Below, piece by piece: positions 17,979 through 27,765 of a DNA stretch of 64,000 nucleotides. The first letter of the stretch is position 1. Each line of letters starts with the position of its first letter. The translations under genes and the position numbers were made by a program. This DNA is from Mycobacteriales bacterium (GTDB lineage: Bacteria; Actinomycetota; Actinomycetes; Mycobacteriales; SCTD01). The stretch spans positions 77,405-141,404 of the forward strand of contig JAUJOY010000006.1 of NCBI GenBank assembly GCA_030447385.1. Reading direction: 5' to 3'. The notes under the pieces were generated by a model. The model did not search any database, had not been told where the DNA came from, and saw only the letters and a list, made by a program, of their open reading frames with translations.

Positions 17979-18779
17979 TCAGGGCTTGCGGGCGCTGACG
18001 ACCAGGTGCAGGCCCGCGGTCTTGCCCTCGCGGCTGGAGGACAACGCCAGCTCGGTGCGCACCAGCGTGCGCAGCGCGGCCGTGCCGCCCTCCGAGAGTG
18101 CCCGCTCGACCGTCCCCGGCGTCAGGACCGTACGCGGGCGCACCCACTCGACGTCGAGCCCGACCTCGAGAAGCAGCAGCTCCAGCTCCTCCGGCCAGAA
18201 GCAGCGGGTGATGCAGCCGTCCTCGTCCGGCACGAGCACGACGTCGGCGGCCGGCACGTCGGCGAGCTCGGCCCACCGCCCCTGGTCGGCGAGCCGGGCG
18301 AGGCCCAGCGGTAGCGAGTCGACGACGAGCAGGAGGCGGCCACCCGGACGCAGCACGCGGCACAGGTGCTCCACCGTGAACTCCGCGGCGAGGCACATCG
18401 ACAGCGCCCGGGACTCGGCCAGCACGAGGTCAACGCTGCTGGACTGCAGCCAGCCGAGGTAGCGGCTGTCGGCGACGACCGGGAGGACCCGGCCGGGACC
18501 GGTCGCCGCCATGGACAGCAGCGAGCTGCTGCGCCGGGCGTGGACGACCTCGTGGCCGAGCGTGACCAGCTGGTCGGCGAACTCCGAGCCGCCCGACAGG
18601 TCGAGCACGCGGGCGGGCCTGGGCGGCAGCCAGGCGGCGACCTGCGCGGCAGCAACCTGGGCGTAGAAGACCCAGTAGGGCGAGTCCGCTGCGGGCACCG
18701 GGTGCACCGGCGCGGCGGCGACCGGCAGCGCCACCGGGTCGGGCTCCCTCGGCGGTGGAACCGGTCCAGGGCGCAGCAC
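17979..18779 (-). CDS. Class I SAM-dependent methyltransferase-like protein
   Basis: RVLDLSGG, VDLVLAE, RVLRPGGRL. Start uncertain. Confidence 0.7.
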   Translation of the reverse strand: MLRPGPVPPPREPDPVALPVAAAPVHPVPAADSPYWVFYAQVAAAQVAAWLPPRPARVLDLSGGSEFADQLVTLGHEVVHARRSSSLLSMAATGPGRVLPVVADSRYLGWLQSSSVDLVLAESRALSMCLAAEFTVEHLCRVLRPGGRLLLVVDSLPLGLARLADQGRWAELADVPAADVVLVPDEDGCITRCFWPEELELLLLEVGLDVEWVRPRTVLTPGTVERALSEGGTAALRTLVRTELALSSSREGKTAGLHLVVSARKP

Positions 18780-18802
18780 GCAGCGTCCCTACCCTGCTGG
18801 TC

Positions 18803-19450
18803 ATGTTCTTGATCCCGGAGTGCCTGGAAACTCCGGTGGGACTCGCCCGGGTGGTCTGCGAGGGGGCGCAGGGGGGCGGTCTGCTCGTTCTGGGCCACGG
18901 CGCGGGTGGCGGGATCGACGCGCCCGACCTGCTGGCCGCCCGCGACGCGGCGCTCGCCGTGGGTCTGGGGGTCGTACGCGTGGAGCAGCCCTGGCGCGTA
19001 CGCGGCCGGCGGGTCGCGGAGCCCCCCGCCCGGCTCGACGTGGCGTGGCGGGCGGTGCTCGCAGCCCTGTCCGCCCGGGCAGCCGGAACCGGCGGGCTGG
19101 TCGTCGGGGGTCGCAGCAGCGGCGCCCGGGTCGCCTGCCGGACCGCGGCAGACGTCGGAGCATCGGCGGTGCTCGCGCTGGCGTTTCCCCTGCATCCGCC
19201 GGGCCGGCCGGAGCGCACCCGGCTTCCGGAGCTGCTCCTGCCGGACCTGCCGCGGCTGGTCGTCCAGGGCGAGCGGGACGCGTTCGGCCGGCCGGAGCCG
19301 GCGCCCGGTCTCGAGGTGTCCGTGGTCCGCGCGGCCGACCACGGCTTCGGCGTTCGCCGTCGGGACGGGCGCACCGCCGCCGAGGTGGCGCAGGAGGTGC
19401 GCGACGTGGTGGGCCGCTGGCTCCAGGCCGTGGCCGCGCCGCCGGCGTGA
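18803..19450 (+). CDS. Alpha/beta hydrolase family protein
   Basis: LGHGAGG, GGRSSGARV nucleophile elbow, VVQGERDAFG, ADHGF. Confidence 0.85.
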   Translation: MFLIPECLETPVGLARVVCEGAQGGGLLVLGHGAGGGIDAPDLLAARDAALAVGLGVVRVEQPWRVRGRRVAEPPARLDVAWRAVLAALSARAAGTGGLVVGGRSSGARVACRTAADVGASAVLALAFPLHPPGRPERTRLPELLLPDLPRLVVQGERDAFGRPEPAPGLEVSVVRAADHGFGVRRRDGRTAAEVAQEVRDVVGRWLQAVAAPPA

Positions 19451-19453
19451 GGG

Positions 19454-20113
19454 TCAGACGCTGACGTAGACCTCGTCGGCCACGTCGGTGTCCACGCGCA
19501 CGGCGACGCCGTCCACGCGCAGCAGGACCTGCCCCTCGTTGCGCTCGCCGACGTCCACCACCTGCCCGGGAAGCAGTCGCGCGACCTCAAGCTCGACCAT
19601 GCGCTCCACGAGGGTCTGCAGGTGCTCGTCGATCCGCCGCACGACGCACGAGCCACCGGGCGGGACGTTGGAGAGCTTCTGCAGCGGGCCCGTCTCCACG
19701 ATGTTGGCCGATCCGGGGATGGGGCTGCCGTGCGGGCAGTTGCCGGGGTCGCCCAGCAGCTCGACCAGGTGACGCTCCAGGTTGTCGCTGATCGCGTGCT
19801 CGAGCCGGCAGGCCTCCTCGTGCACCTGCGGCCACGGCACCTTCAGCACGTCGACGAGCAGCACCTCCGCGAGGCGGTGCCGGCGCAGCATCCGCGTCGC
19901 GTACGCCCGGCCGGGCTCGGTCAGGTGGAGCACCCGGTCGCCATCGAGCGTGACGTACCCCTCTCGCTCCAGGCGCTTCACCGTCTCGCTGACCGCGGGG
20001 GCGGAGACCCCGAGGCGGTCGACGATCCGCGCCCGCAGCGGGACGATCCCGGCCTCCTCGAGCTCGAGAATCGTCTCGAGGTACTGCTCGACGGCAGGGT
20101 GGTGGCCTTCCAT
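19454..20113 (-). CDS. DtxR/IdeR/MntR family metal-dependent regulator
   Basis: [33 protein letters not shown], and a FeoA-like C-terminus. Confidence 0.92.
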   Translation of the reverse strand: MEGHHPAVEQYLETILELEEAGIVPLRARIVDRLGVSAPAVSETVKRLEREGYVTLDGDRVLHLTEPGRAYATRMLRRHRLAEVLLVDVLKVPWPQVHEEACRLEHAISDNLERHLVELLGDPGNCPHGSPIPGSANIVETGPLQKLSNVPPGGSCVVRRIDEHLQTLVERMVELEVARLLPGQVVDVGERNEGQVLLRVDGVAVRVDTDVADEVYVSV

Positions 20114-20163
20114 GCCCGGATGGTACGGCGCGGGAGGTACGCGCAGCCGCGTCCGCCGCTCGC

Positions 20164-20191
20164 GGGAACAGACCCCCGCCTTCCCGGCGTT
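20164..20191 (+). promoter_or_regulatory. SigH/SigR-type promoter (autoregulatory)
   Basis: GGGAAC-N18-CGTT upstream of sigH; resembles the GGAAY...GTT consensus. Confidence 0.6.
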
Positions 20192-20448
20192 CGGACCAGC
20201 GCCGGGCTCTCCCGGCCGAAGCTCGTTCGACGGGGACCTCGACAGGAGCGCAGATGCCACCAGCGTGTGGGGTGGAGGGGAGTTCGCCGCTCGAGGCGAC
20301 GGCTCTTCCCACCCGCTGGGCCCCGTGGGGGCCGCCCGATCCTGCAGGACGTCCGACTGTCCGCGTACTCTCGGCTGCGGCTGCAGAGGCCGGAGTGGTG
20401 GTGCGTCCCGTGCCCGACCCTCCACGACCCGCGAGGGGAGGTGCGGCG

Positions 20449-21051
20449 GTGACCGAGGTGGAGACCAGCGAGCAGCGGCGGGCCCGCTTCGAGCGCGACG
20501 CGCTGCCCTTCCTGGACCAGCTGTACTCCGCGGCCTTGCGCATGACGCGCAACCCTGCGGACGCCGAGGACCTGGTGCAGGAGACGTTCGTGAAGGCGTT
20601 CGCGGCGTTCCACCAGTTCCAGGAGGGCACCAACCTCAAGGCGTGGCTCTACCGGATCCTCACCAACACGTTCATCAACACCTACCGCAAGAAGCAGCGC
20701 CAGCCGCTGCAGAGCCCGACCGACGAGATCACCGACTGGCAGATCGCGGCCGCCGAGGCCCACACCAGCTCCGGCCTGCGCAGCGCCGAGACCGAGGCGC
20801 TCGACCACCTGCCCGACTCCGACGTCAAGGAGGCCCTGCAGGCGCTGCCCGAGGACTTCCGGATGGCCGTCTACCTGGCCGACGTCGAGGGCTTCGCCTA
20901 CAAGGAGATCGCCGAGATCATGGGCACTCCGATCGGCACGGTGATGAGCCGCCTGCACCGCGGACGACGCGGTCTGCGCACGCTGCTGGCCGACTACGCC
21001 GTCGAGCGGGGCCTGGTGAAGGCGAGCACCGGAGCGGGGGAGACGCCATGA
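20449..21051 (+). CDS. sigH: ECF sigma factor SigH/SigR
   Basis: [33 protein letters not shown]; sits before an anti-sigma. A possible longer in-frame start exists at 20254. Confidence 0.95.
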   Translation: MTEVETSEQRRARFERDALPFLDQLYSAALRMTRNPADAEDLVQETFVKAFAAFHQFQEGTNLKAWLYRILTNTFINTYRKKQRQPLQSPTDEITDWQIAAAEAHTSSGLRSAETEALDHLPDSDVKEALQALPEDFRMAVYLADVEGFAYKEIAEIMGTPIGTVMSRLHRGRRGLRTLLADYAVERGLVKASTGAGETP

Positions 21052-21332
21052 GCTGCGGCGAGCCGCACGAGATGCCGTGCAGCGAGGTGCTCGAGGCCGT
21101 CTACCTCTACCTCGACGGCGAGCAGGACGACCACCACCACGACAAGGTCCGCCTCCACCTGGACGAGTGCGCGCCGTGCCTTCGGCAGTACGGCCTGGAG
21201 CAGGCCGTCAAGTCCCTGGTCGCCCGTTGCTGCGGCAGCGACCCCGCACCGCTCGACCTGCGCGACCGCGTGCTCGTCCGGATCCAGCAGGTACGCCTCG
21301 AGATCGAGCAGGTTGAGTACCGCGCCGAGTAG
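21048..21332 (+). CDS. rshA: ZAS anti-sigma factor RshA/RsrA
   Basis: [15 protein letters not shown]...HLDECAPC (HxxxCxxC). Confidence 0.93.
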   Translation: MSCGEPHEMPCSEVLEAVYLYLDGEQDDHHHDKVRLHLDECAPCLRQYGLEQAVKSLVARCCGSDPAPLDLRDRVLVRIQQVRLEIEQVEYRAE

Positions 21333-21362
21333 TGCCGGATTGCGTGACCAGGGCCCTGCGGG

Positions 21363-22325
21363 ATGACCTGGCTGGTGACCGGCGGAGCCGGCTACATCGG
21401 CGCCCACGTGGTGCGCGCCCTGCATCAGGACGGCGCGCAGGTCGTCGTCCTGGACGACCTGTCCACCGGACACCGGTCCCGCGTCGAGGCGGGGGTTCCG
21501 CTGGAGGACGGCACGGTCCTCGACGGCCCCTTCGTACGCCGGGTGCTGGCAGACCACCAGGTCAGCGGGGTCGTGCACATCGCCGCGAAGAAGCAGGTCG
21601 GCGAGTCGATGGCCGACCCGCTGCTCTACTACCGCGAGAACGTCAGCGGGCTCGTCGCCCTGCTCGACGCGTGCCGGTCCGAGGGGGTCGAGCGCTTCGT
21701 CTTCTCCTCCAGCGCCGCGACCTACGGCCTGCCCGACGTCGAGCTCGTGGACGAGGACACCCCGGGCGTCCCGCTGTCGCCGTACGGGGAGAGCAAGCTC
21801 GTGGGCGAGTGGCTGCTGCGCGACTGCGCCGCTGCCTATACCATGCGCGTGATCTCGCTGCGCTACTTCAACGTCGCCGGCGCGGCGGGCCCCGAGCTGG
21901 GGGACCCCGGCGTGTTCAACCTCATCCCCCTGGTCTTCCAGGCGCTCAGCGAGGGGCGGCGGCCGAGGGTGTTCGGCGGCGACTACCCGACGCCCGACGG
22001 CACCTGCATCCGCGACTACGTGCACGTCGCCGACATCGCCGACGCCCACCTTGCGGCCGCCCGGGCGCTGGAGTCGGGCAGCCCCAGCGAGACCTACAAC
22101 ATCGGGCGCGGCGAGGGCTCGAGCGTGCTCGACGTCCTGCGTGTGGTGGGGGACGTGATCGGCAAACAGGTGGAGTACGACGTCGTCGACCGCCGGCCGG
22201 GCGACCCAGCCCGGGTGGTCGCTGCGGTCGACCGCATCCGCAAGGGCCTGGGCTTCGAGGCGCGGCGGGACCTGCCCGACATGGTCGGGAGCGCCTGGGC
22301 CGGCTGGCAGGCGCGCCCCGCCTGA
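21363..22325 (+). CDS. galE: UDP-glucose 4-epimerase
   Basis: TGGAGYIG, FSSSAA, YGESK, LRYFNVAG, RDYVHV, RRPGD. Confidence 0.92.
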   Translation: MTWLVTGGAGYIGAHVVRALHQDGAQVVVLDDLSTGHRSRVEAGVPLEDGTVLDGPFVRRVLADHQVSGVVHIAAKKQVGESMADPLLYYRENVSGLVALLDACRSEGVERFVFSSSAATYGLPDVELVDEDTPGVPLSPYGESKLVGEWLLRDCAAAYTMRVISLRYFNVAGAAGPELGDPGVFNLIPLVFQALSEGRRPRVFGGDYPTPDGTCIRDYVHVADIADAHLAAARALESGSPSETYNIGRGEGSSVLDVLRVVGDVIGKQVEYDVVDRRPGDPARVVAAVDRIRKGLGFEARRDLPDMVGSAWAGWQARPA

Positions 22326-22494
22326 GCGGTGTGCGGCCGTGGTCGATGCCCGGCGTCCTGCCGTTCCTGCGTGCCGGGGACCAACTCGTTCTTCCTCGCA
22401 ATGCACGATCGCCCGACCAGTCGGGATTCCCGAACGCTGATCAGCCGGCACTCGCGACGGGCTGATCCCACTCGCTGGGGATGCTGCGCCCGCA

Positions 22495-22774
22495 GCTGCG
22501 ACGCCGCCAAGCACACCGACTGGGCCCTCGTGCGCCACCCCGACGGCAGCACCACGTGGACCAGCCCACTGGGCCGGACCTGCACCCGGCCCAGCCCGCA
22601 CGCGCCACCACCCCGGGTCGACCCCGCCGAACCCCCACCACTCCGACCACCACCTGTGGGGCAGACGCCCCGACCCTCCTCGCCACCGACCTGCACCCCC
22701 CCAAGCCCGCGGCCGAGCTCGCGGTGAAGCCGACACCGCTGCCGCTGTCCGAGGACGACCAGCCGCCCTTCTGA
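22495..22774 (+). pseudogene. 3' remnant of a DUF222-HNH element
   Basis: AAKHTDWALVRHPDGSTTWTSP...QPPF-stop; nucleotide-level similarity to the reverse complement of 4364-4660. Confidence 0.8.
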
Positions 22775-22884
22775 GCGGGCTCCGTCGGCGGCGCAGCCGG
22801 GCGCCTAGCGACTTCCCTCTGGGATGGGCAGTGGCCTACGGGCAGCGGCTCATCGCCCTGCCTGGCTAGAGCCGCCCCCCGCCT

Positions 22885-22959
22885 TTACGCGTTCGGACGC
22901 TTGCCGTGGTTGGCGGCGTTCTTCTTGCGCCCCCGGCGCTTGCGGCCTCGCTTGGCCAT
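22885..22959 (-). CDS. 50S ribosomal protein bL37 (24 aa, absent from the ORF track)
   Basis: MAKRGRKRRGRKKNAANHGKRPNA with a GGAGAG RBS; matches the actinobacterial bL37 pattern (ANHGKRPN) found near rsrA/rshA. Confidence 0.9.
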   Translation of the reverse strand: MAKRGRKRRGRKKNAANHGKRPNA

Positions 22960-23068
22960 GTCGGCTCTCCCTCGTACGGCGGAGCCGCAGCCTACAAGGC
23001 AGGCATGCGTGGCCCCTGCGCACCACTCGTCCTGGGGTTGAGCCTCCCGGCGTGCCCAGGTGCTGCGC

Positions 23069-23929
23069 CTACGGTGCGCGAGGTGCCCAGCGCAGCGGCA
23101 GAAGCCGGGACGCCCACCGCGCCGGCGGCGTCCACGGCTGCGCGGCTGGACGCGCGGGGCGCGGTGGCGGCTCGGGCCGTGGTTCGGATGGCGGCTCGGG
23201 CCGTGGCTCGGGCCGTGGCTCGGGCGGCCGTGGAGGCCGGGACCCGTGCGGAAGTAGCGGCCGGGATCCGGGCTGCGGTGGAGGTCGAGGCTGCGGCTGA
23301 GGCTGGGGCCGGCGTGAGGGTGTGGCCGGGGCTGCGGACATCACCCGCGGAACATGCTCAGCCAGCGGGGAGGGCGGCCTGGCGGCTCCGCGGGGCGGCT
23401 TCGGCGGGCGGGGCGCACCGAGCATGCCCGTCGTCACCAGCTGCGCCAGGCCGGCGGCGATGAGGACGTCTCCGGGGCTGAGCACCTCTGGGCGTACGGG
23501 CAGCGGGAAGGGGATGACGTCACCGAGCCAGCGCAGGCGCGTCTGCGCGCCCGCCAGCTCGTGACGCGCACCAGCGCCCCTGAGCAGGTCCTGCACCGAG
23601 ACGCCCGCGCGACCGGCTGCCGTGGCCGAGACGGGCATGGCGCCGTTGGCCCCCACGACGAGGACGTTGGCGAGCAGCCCGGCCGCAACCAGCGCCGTCC
23701 CGGCGATTCGGCGGTTGCGGCTCAGGAAGAAGATCACCAGCGAGGTCGAGACGATCAGCCCCACGGCGTAGAACGGCCCGCCGATGACGGTTCCGAGAAC
23801 CTGGGCCAGCAGAGCGCCGACGACGAGCCGGCGCCGCCGCAGGTGCAGCCGGCCGAGGTTGTCCACGCTTCCACCGAAGGCCCGCCCGAGCAGCAGGGCG
23901 GTCAGGAGCACCACCACGGTCAGGGACAC
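23069..23929 (-). CDS. DUF5317-like membrane protein with Pro-rich repeat tail
   Basis: GLLANVLVVGANGAMPVS, LRWLGDVIP, VLSPGDVLIAAG; the tail carries PEPR repeats (12-bp units near 23167-23235). Confidence 0.72.
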   Translation of the reverse strand: MSLTVVVLLTALLLGRAFGGSVDNLGRLHLRRRRLVVGALLAQVLGTVIGGPFYAVGLIVSTSLVIFFLSRNRRIAGTALVAAGLLANVLVVGANGAMPVSATAAGRAGVSVQDLLRGAGARHELAGAQTRLRWLGDVIPFPLPVRPEVLSPGDVLIAAGLAQLVTTGMLGAPRPPKPPRGAARPPSPLAEHVPRVMSAAPATPSRRPQPQPQPRPPPQPGSRPLLPHGSRPPRPPEPRPEPRPEPPSEPRPEPPPRPARPAAQPWTPPARWASRLLPLRWAPRAP

Positions 23930-24010
23930 GCCGCTAGTCTCGCCGCCGGCGGCCGGCCATGTGTGCCCCGCCCCAGGTGCCCCTGTGGCGCACGCTCGTG
24001 GCGCGCTGGT

Positions 24011-24035
24011 GTGGCGCGCACCCTGTGCGCGCCAC
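24011..24035. repeat. Intergenic perfect 10-bp hairpin
   Basis: GTGGCGCGCA-CCCTG-TGCGCGCCAC. Confidence 0.75.
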
Positions 24036-24171
24036 GCTGCGCGGCGCGCTCTCGGTGGTAGGCACCCGTATGCCGTCATCGGCAGCCTCGCTGCCACCAT
24101 CTGCGTCGCCGGCGGCCCTGGCTGCCGGCGCCGCCCGCGGCTGTACGAGTGACCGTACCGAGGAGGCGCAC

Positions 24172-24936
24172 ATGAGCGACCTGCAGGTCCAACGCCGCTC
24201 CGGCCAGACCTGGATGACGATCACCCGGGAAGCACGCCGCAACGCCCTCAACGACGCGGTGCTGCGCGGCATGCTCGAGGTGCTGACCTCCCCGGGCGAC
24301 ACCACGGTGGTGCTGGTCGACAGCGTCGGGCCGGTGTTCTGCTCGGGTGCCGACCTCGTGCAGATGGCCCCCGGATCGAGCGGCCTGGCCGTCCACGAGT
24401 CCCGCGGCCTGCTGCGGGAGGTCGTGCTGGGCATGCAGGCGTGCCCGGTGCCAGTGGTGGCCGTCGTGCAGGGGCCGTGCCTGGCCGGAGGGGTGGGGCT
24501 GGCCCTCGGCTGCGACATCGTCCTGGCTGCCCACGACGCCGTCTTCGGGCTGCCCGAGGTGGACCTGGGGCTGTGGCCGTTCATGGTCAGCGCGCTGCTC
24601 GGCCGGCACGTCAGCCCCAAGCAGGCCATGGAGCTGATGCTCACCGGGCGGCGGGTGGGTGCCGACGAGGCGCTGGCGCTGGGGATGGTCAGCCGCGTCG
24701 TCGACAGCGGCGACCTGAGGCAGGAGGCGCAGAGCCTCGCTGGTGTGCTGGCCGCCAAGCCTCCGGCGGCCGTACGCCTGGGGAAGGCGGCGTTCCAGGC
24801 TGCGATGCAGTCCCCGCTGCCGGCGGCCCTGGCCGCGATGCAGGCGCAGCTGTCCCTGCTCGCGATGAGCGAGGACGCCGCAGAAGGGGTCGCCGCCTTC
24901 CTCGAGAAGCGGCCGCCGCACTGGACCGGCAACTGA
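24172..24936 (+). CDS. Enoyl-CoA hydratase/isomerase family protein
   Basis: RRNAL, FCSGADL, AGGVGLALGCD, FGLPEVDLG, SEDAAEGVAAFLEKRPP. Confidence 0.92.
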   Translation: MSDLQVQRRSGQTWMTITREARRNALNDAVLRGMLEVLTSPGDTTVVLVDSVGPVFCSGADLVQMAPGSSGLAVHESRGLLREVVLGMQACPVPVVAVVQGPCLAGGVGLALGCDIVLAAHDAVFGLPEVDLGLWPFMVSALLGRHVSPKQAMELMLTGRRVGADEALALGMVSRVVDSGDLRQEAQSLAGVLAAKPPAAVRLGKAAFQAAMQSPLPAALAAMQAQLSLLAMSEDAAEGVAAFLEKRPPHWTGN

Positions 24937-24962
24937 CGGGCCCCCCGCAGACCCCAGAACCT

Positions 24963-25004
24963 GCGCTGATCATGGCGCCCGAGCAACAACTCGATGATCA
25001 GCGC
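24963..25004. repeat. Intergenic palindrome (terminator or REP-like)
   Basis: GCGCTGATCAT...ATGATCAGCGC with an inner CGAG-CAACAA-CTCG hairpin. Confidence 0.65.
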
Positions 25005-25043
25005 GGAGGTGGGTGGGGTAGGCGGGCGTCGTAGGCTCGCCTC

Positions 25044-26456
25044 ATGAGTGAGCAGCCGGAGACGCCCGGAGCTGCGACGCACGACCCCGACCGGCCGGCG
25101 GCGCTGCTCGAGTTCATGACCACCGGCTGGGCGGTGCGCGAGGACCCGCTGCCCGAGCCTGAATCTGCCGCGCCCTACCGCGCGGCGCGCCGAGCGGCGC
25201 TGGCCCAGCACTTCCCGGGGGAGCGGCTCGTGGTGCCGACGGGGACCTATCAGACGCGCGCCAACGACACGGAGTACCGCTTCCGGCCGGCCACCGAGTT
25301 CGCGCACCTCGCCGGCTCGCACGAGCCCGACGCGGTGCTCGTACTCGACCCGGACGGCAGCGCCGTGCTCTACCAGGCACCGGTCATGGACCGCTCGACG
25401 CCGGCCTTCTTCACCGACCGGGTCTACGGCGAGCTCTGGGTCGGGCCGCGGCCGTCGCTGGAGGCGACCAGCGCGCGCCTGGGCCTCGAGGCGCGACCGC
25501 TCGAGGAGCTCGACAAGCTCTCCGGCCCGGCGCGGGTCGTACGCGGCTACGACCCGCGGGTCGAGGCGCTGTTCGAGACCGACGAGGAGGCCGACGCGGA
25601 GCTGACGACGTTCCTGAGCGAGCTGCGGCTGGTCAAGGACGAGCACGAGATCGCGCAGCTCCAGCAGGCTGTCGACGCGACGATCTCCGGCTTCGAGGAC
25701 GTCGTCCGCCAGCTGGACCGGGCCCAGGAGACCAGCGAGCGGTGGATGGAGGGGGTCTTCGGCCTGCGGGCTCGGGTCGAGGGCAACGACGTCGGGTACG
25801 GCAGCATCTGCGCCGCCGGGGCGCACGCCTGCACGCTGCACTGGACCGACAACGACGGGCCGGTCCGCGACGGCGACCTGGTCCTGCTGGACATGGGGGT
25901 GGAGGGCTATGAGCTCTACACCGCCGACGTCACCCGGACGCTTCCGGTGAGCGGCACCTACACGCCCTGCCAGCGCGAGGTCTACTCGCTGGTGCTCGAC
26001 GCCCAGGAGGCCGCCCTCGCCGCCTGCCGTCCCGGAGCGGACTTCCTCGACCCGCACCGCGCGGCGATGAAGGTGCTGGCCGAGGGGCTCGAGCGCCTCG
26101 GGGTGCTCCCCGATGCGCACGCGGCGCTGGCCGAGGACGCCCAGCTCTACCGGCGCTACACCCTGCACGGGGTCAGCCACATGCTGGGCCTGGACGTCCA
26201 CGACTGCGCCCACGCCCGGCAGGAGGTCTACCGCAAGGGGACGCTGCAGCCCGGCTACGTCCTGACCGTCGAGCCTGGGCTGTACTTCCAGCCCGACGAC
26301 GAGACGGTGCCCGCGGAGCTGCGCGGCATCGGCGTGCGGATCGAGGACGACGTCGTCATCACCGAGGACGGCTGCCGCAACCTGTCAGCCGCCCTCCCCC
26401 GCGACCCCGACGCGATCGAGCAGTGGATGGCGAGGCTTCGGAGCAGCCACGCCTGA
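25044..26456 (+). CDS. pepP: Xaa-Pro aminopeptidase P
   Basis: LLDMG, ADVTRT, HGVSHMLGLDVHD, TVEPG, GVRIEDD. Confidence 0.93.
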   Translation: MSEQPETPGAATHDPDRPAALLEFMTTGWAVREDPLPEPESAAPYRAARRAALAQHFPGERLVVPTGTYQTRANDTEYRFRPATEFAHLAGSHEPDAVLVLDPDGSAVLYQAPVMDRSTPAFFTDRVYGELWVGPRPSLEATSARLGLEARPLEELDKLSGPARVVRGYDPRVEALFETDEEADAELTTFLSELRLVKDEHEIAQLQQAVDATISGFEDVVRQLDRAQETSERWMEGVFGLRARVEGNDVGYGSICAAGAHACTLHWTDNDGPVRDGDLVLLDMGVEGYELYTADVTRTLPVSGTYTPCQREVYSLVLDAQEAALAACRPGADFLDPHRAAMKVLAEGLERLGVLPDAHAALAEDAQLYRRYTLHGVSHMLGLDVHDCAHARQEVYRKGTLQPGYVLTVEPGLYFQPDDETVPAELRGIGVRIEDDVVITEDGCRNLSAALPRDPDAIEQWMARLRSSHA

Positions 26457-26476
26457 CGCGTCCCGCCCGCCCGCCG

Positions 26477-26531
26477 GAGATCTTGGGAAGATCCCCAGCA
26501 TCAGGGTGCTGGGGATGCTCCGAAGATCTTG
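26477..26531. repeat. REP-like palindromic element, copy A
   Basis: AGATCTT...ATCCCCAGCA-TCAGGG-TGCTGGGGAT...CCGAAGATCTTG. Confidence 0.7.
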
Positions 26532-26646
26532 ACCCGGGGGTGGCGGCGCTCCCACCCGGCCGGCGACCGCGCCCACCACCCCCACCGCCGCACCACCGCC
26601 CGCCGCACAGGTCAAGCCCTCCCGGCTGCACGCCGAAGACGACTTC

Positions 26647-27726
26647 GTGACCTCCTCGATCGAGCCCTTCCTGCGCGCTCTGGTGGACTGCGGCGGCTCC
26701 GACCTGCACTGCAAGGTGGGCTCGCCGCCTCGGGTGCGGATCGACGGCAAGCTGCGCAAGCTCCAGACCCGCGACCTCACCTCGGCCGACACCGCGCAGA
26801 TGGTCAGCGAGGTGCTGCGTGACGACCTCGTCGAGGAGTTCCACAAGTCCAACGAGGCCGACTTCGCGTACGCGGTCGCCGGCCTCGGCCGCTTCCGCGT
26901 CAATGCCTTCCGCAGCCGCGGATCCGCCGGGCTGGTCTTCCGCCGCGTCAGCGTGGGGGCGATAGCCCTGAACGACCTGGGCCTGCCGCCCGTGCTCGCC
27001 TCGCTGGCCATGGAGCCGCGTGGCCTCGTCCTGGTCACCGGGCCCACGGGATCGGGCAAGACCACCACGCTGGCCGGGATGATCGACCACATCAACGAGC
27101 ACAAGGAGGTGCACGTCGTCACGATCGAGGACCCGATCGAGGTGCTGCACTTCGACAAGATGGCGATGATCAACCAGCGCGAGGTCCGGGTCGACACCGA
27201 GGACTTCGTCACCGCCATGCGCGCCGCGATGCGCCAGGACCCCGACGTCATCCTGGTCGGCGAGATGCGCGACCACGAGACGGTCAAGGCCGGGCTCGCC
27301 GCCGCCGAGACCGGTCACTTCGTCATGTCGACCCTGCACACGACGGACGCGGCTGAGACGATCAACCGCATCATCGACTTCTTCCCTCCGCACGAGCAGA
27401 AGCAGGTACGGCTGGCGCTCGCCGGCTCGCTGCGCGGCATCATCTGCCAGCGCCTCGTGCCGCGGGCCGACGGGGAGGGGCGGTGCGTGGTCATGGAGGT
27501 CGCGGTCAACACCGGACGCATCGCCGACGCGATCGCCGACCCGGACAAGACCTCCACCATCAGCCAGCTCATCTCCGAGGGCACCTACTACGGCATGCAG
27601 ACCTTCGACCAGCACCTCGTGTCCTTCATCCGTGACGGGGTGATCACGATGGAGGCGGCGATGGCGGCCTCGACCTCGCCCCACGACCTCACCGTCGAGC
27701 TGCGCCGCCTCGGGCTGGTCGCCTGA
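26647..27726 (+). CDS. pilT: Type IV pilus retraction ATPase PilT/PilU
   Basis: SDLHCKVGSPPRVRIDG, GPTGSGKTTT, TIEDPIE, RQDPDVILVGEMRD, AETGH, TLHT, GMQTFDQ. Confidence 0.92.
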   Translation: MTSSIEPFLRALVDCGGSDLHCKVGSPPRVRIDGKLRKLQTRDLTSADTAQMVSEVLRDDLVEEFHKSNEADFAYAVAGLGRFRVNAFRSRGSAGLVFRRVSVGAIALNDLGLPPVLASLAMEPRGLVLVTGPTGSGKTTTLAGMIDHINEHKEVHVVTIEDPIEVLHFDKMAMINQREVRVDTEDFVTAMRAAMRQDPDVILVGEMRDHETVKAGLAAAETGHFVMSTLHTTDAAETINRIIDFFPPHEQKQVRLALAGSLRGIICQRLVPRADGEGRCVVMEVAVNTGRIADAIADPDKTSTISQLISEGTYYGMQTFDQHLVSFIRDGVITMEAAMAASTSPHDLTVELRRLGLVA

Positions 27727-27765
27727 CGCGACGGGCACGCGCGCTGACCCTGCGCCGACCCGCCG

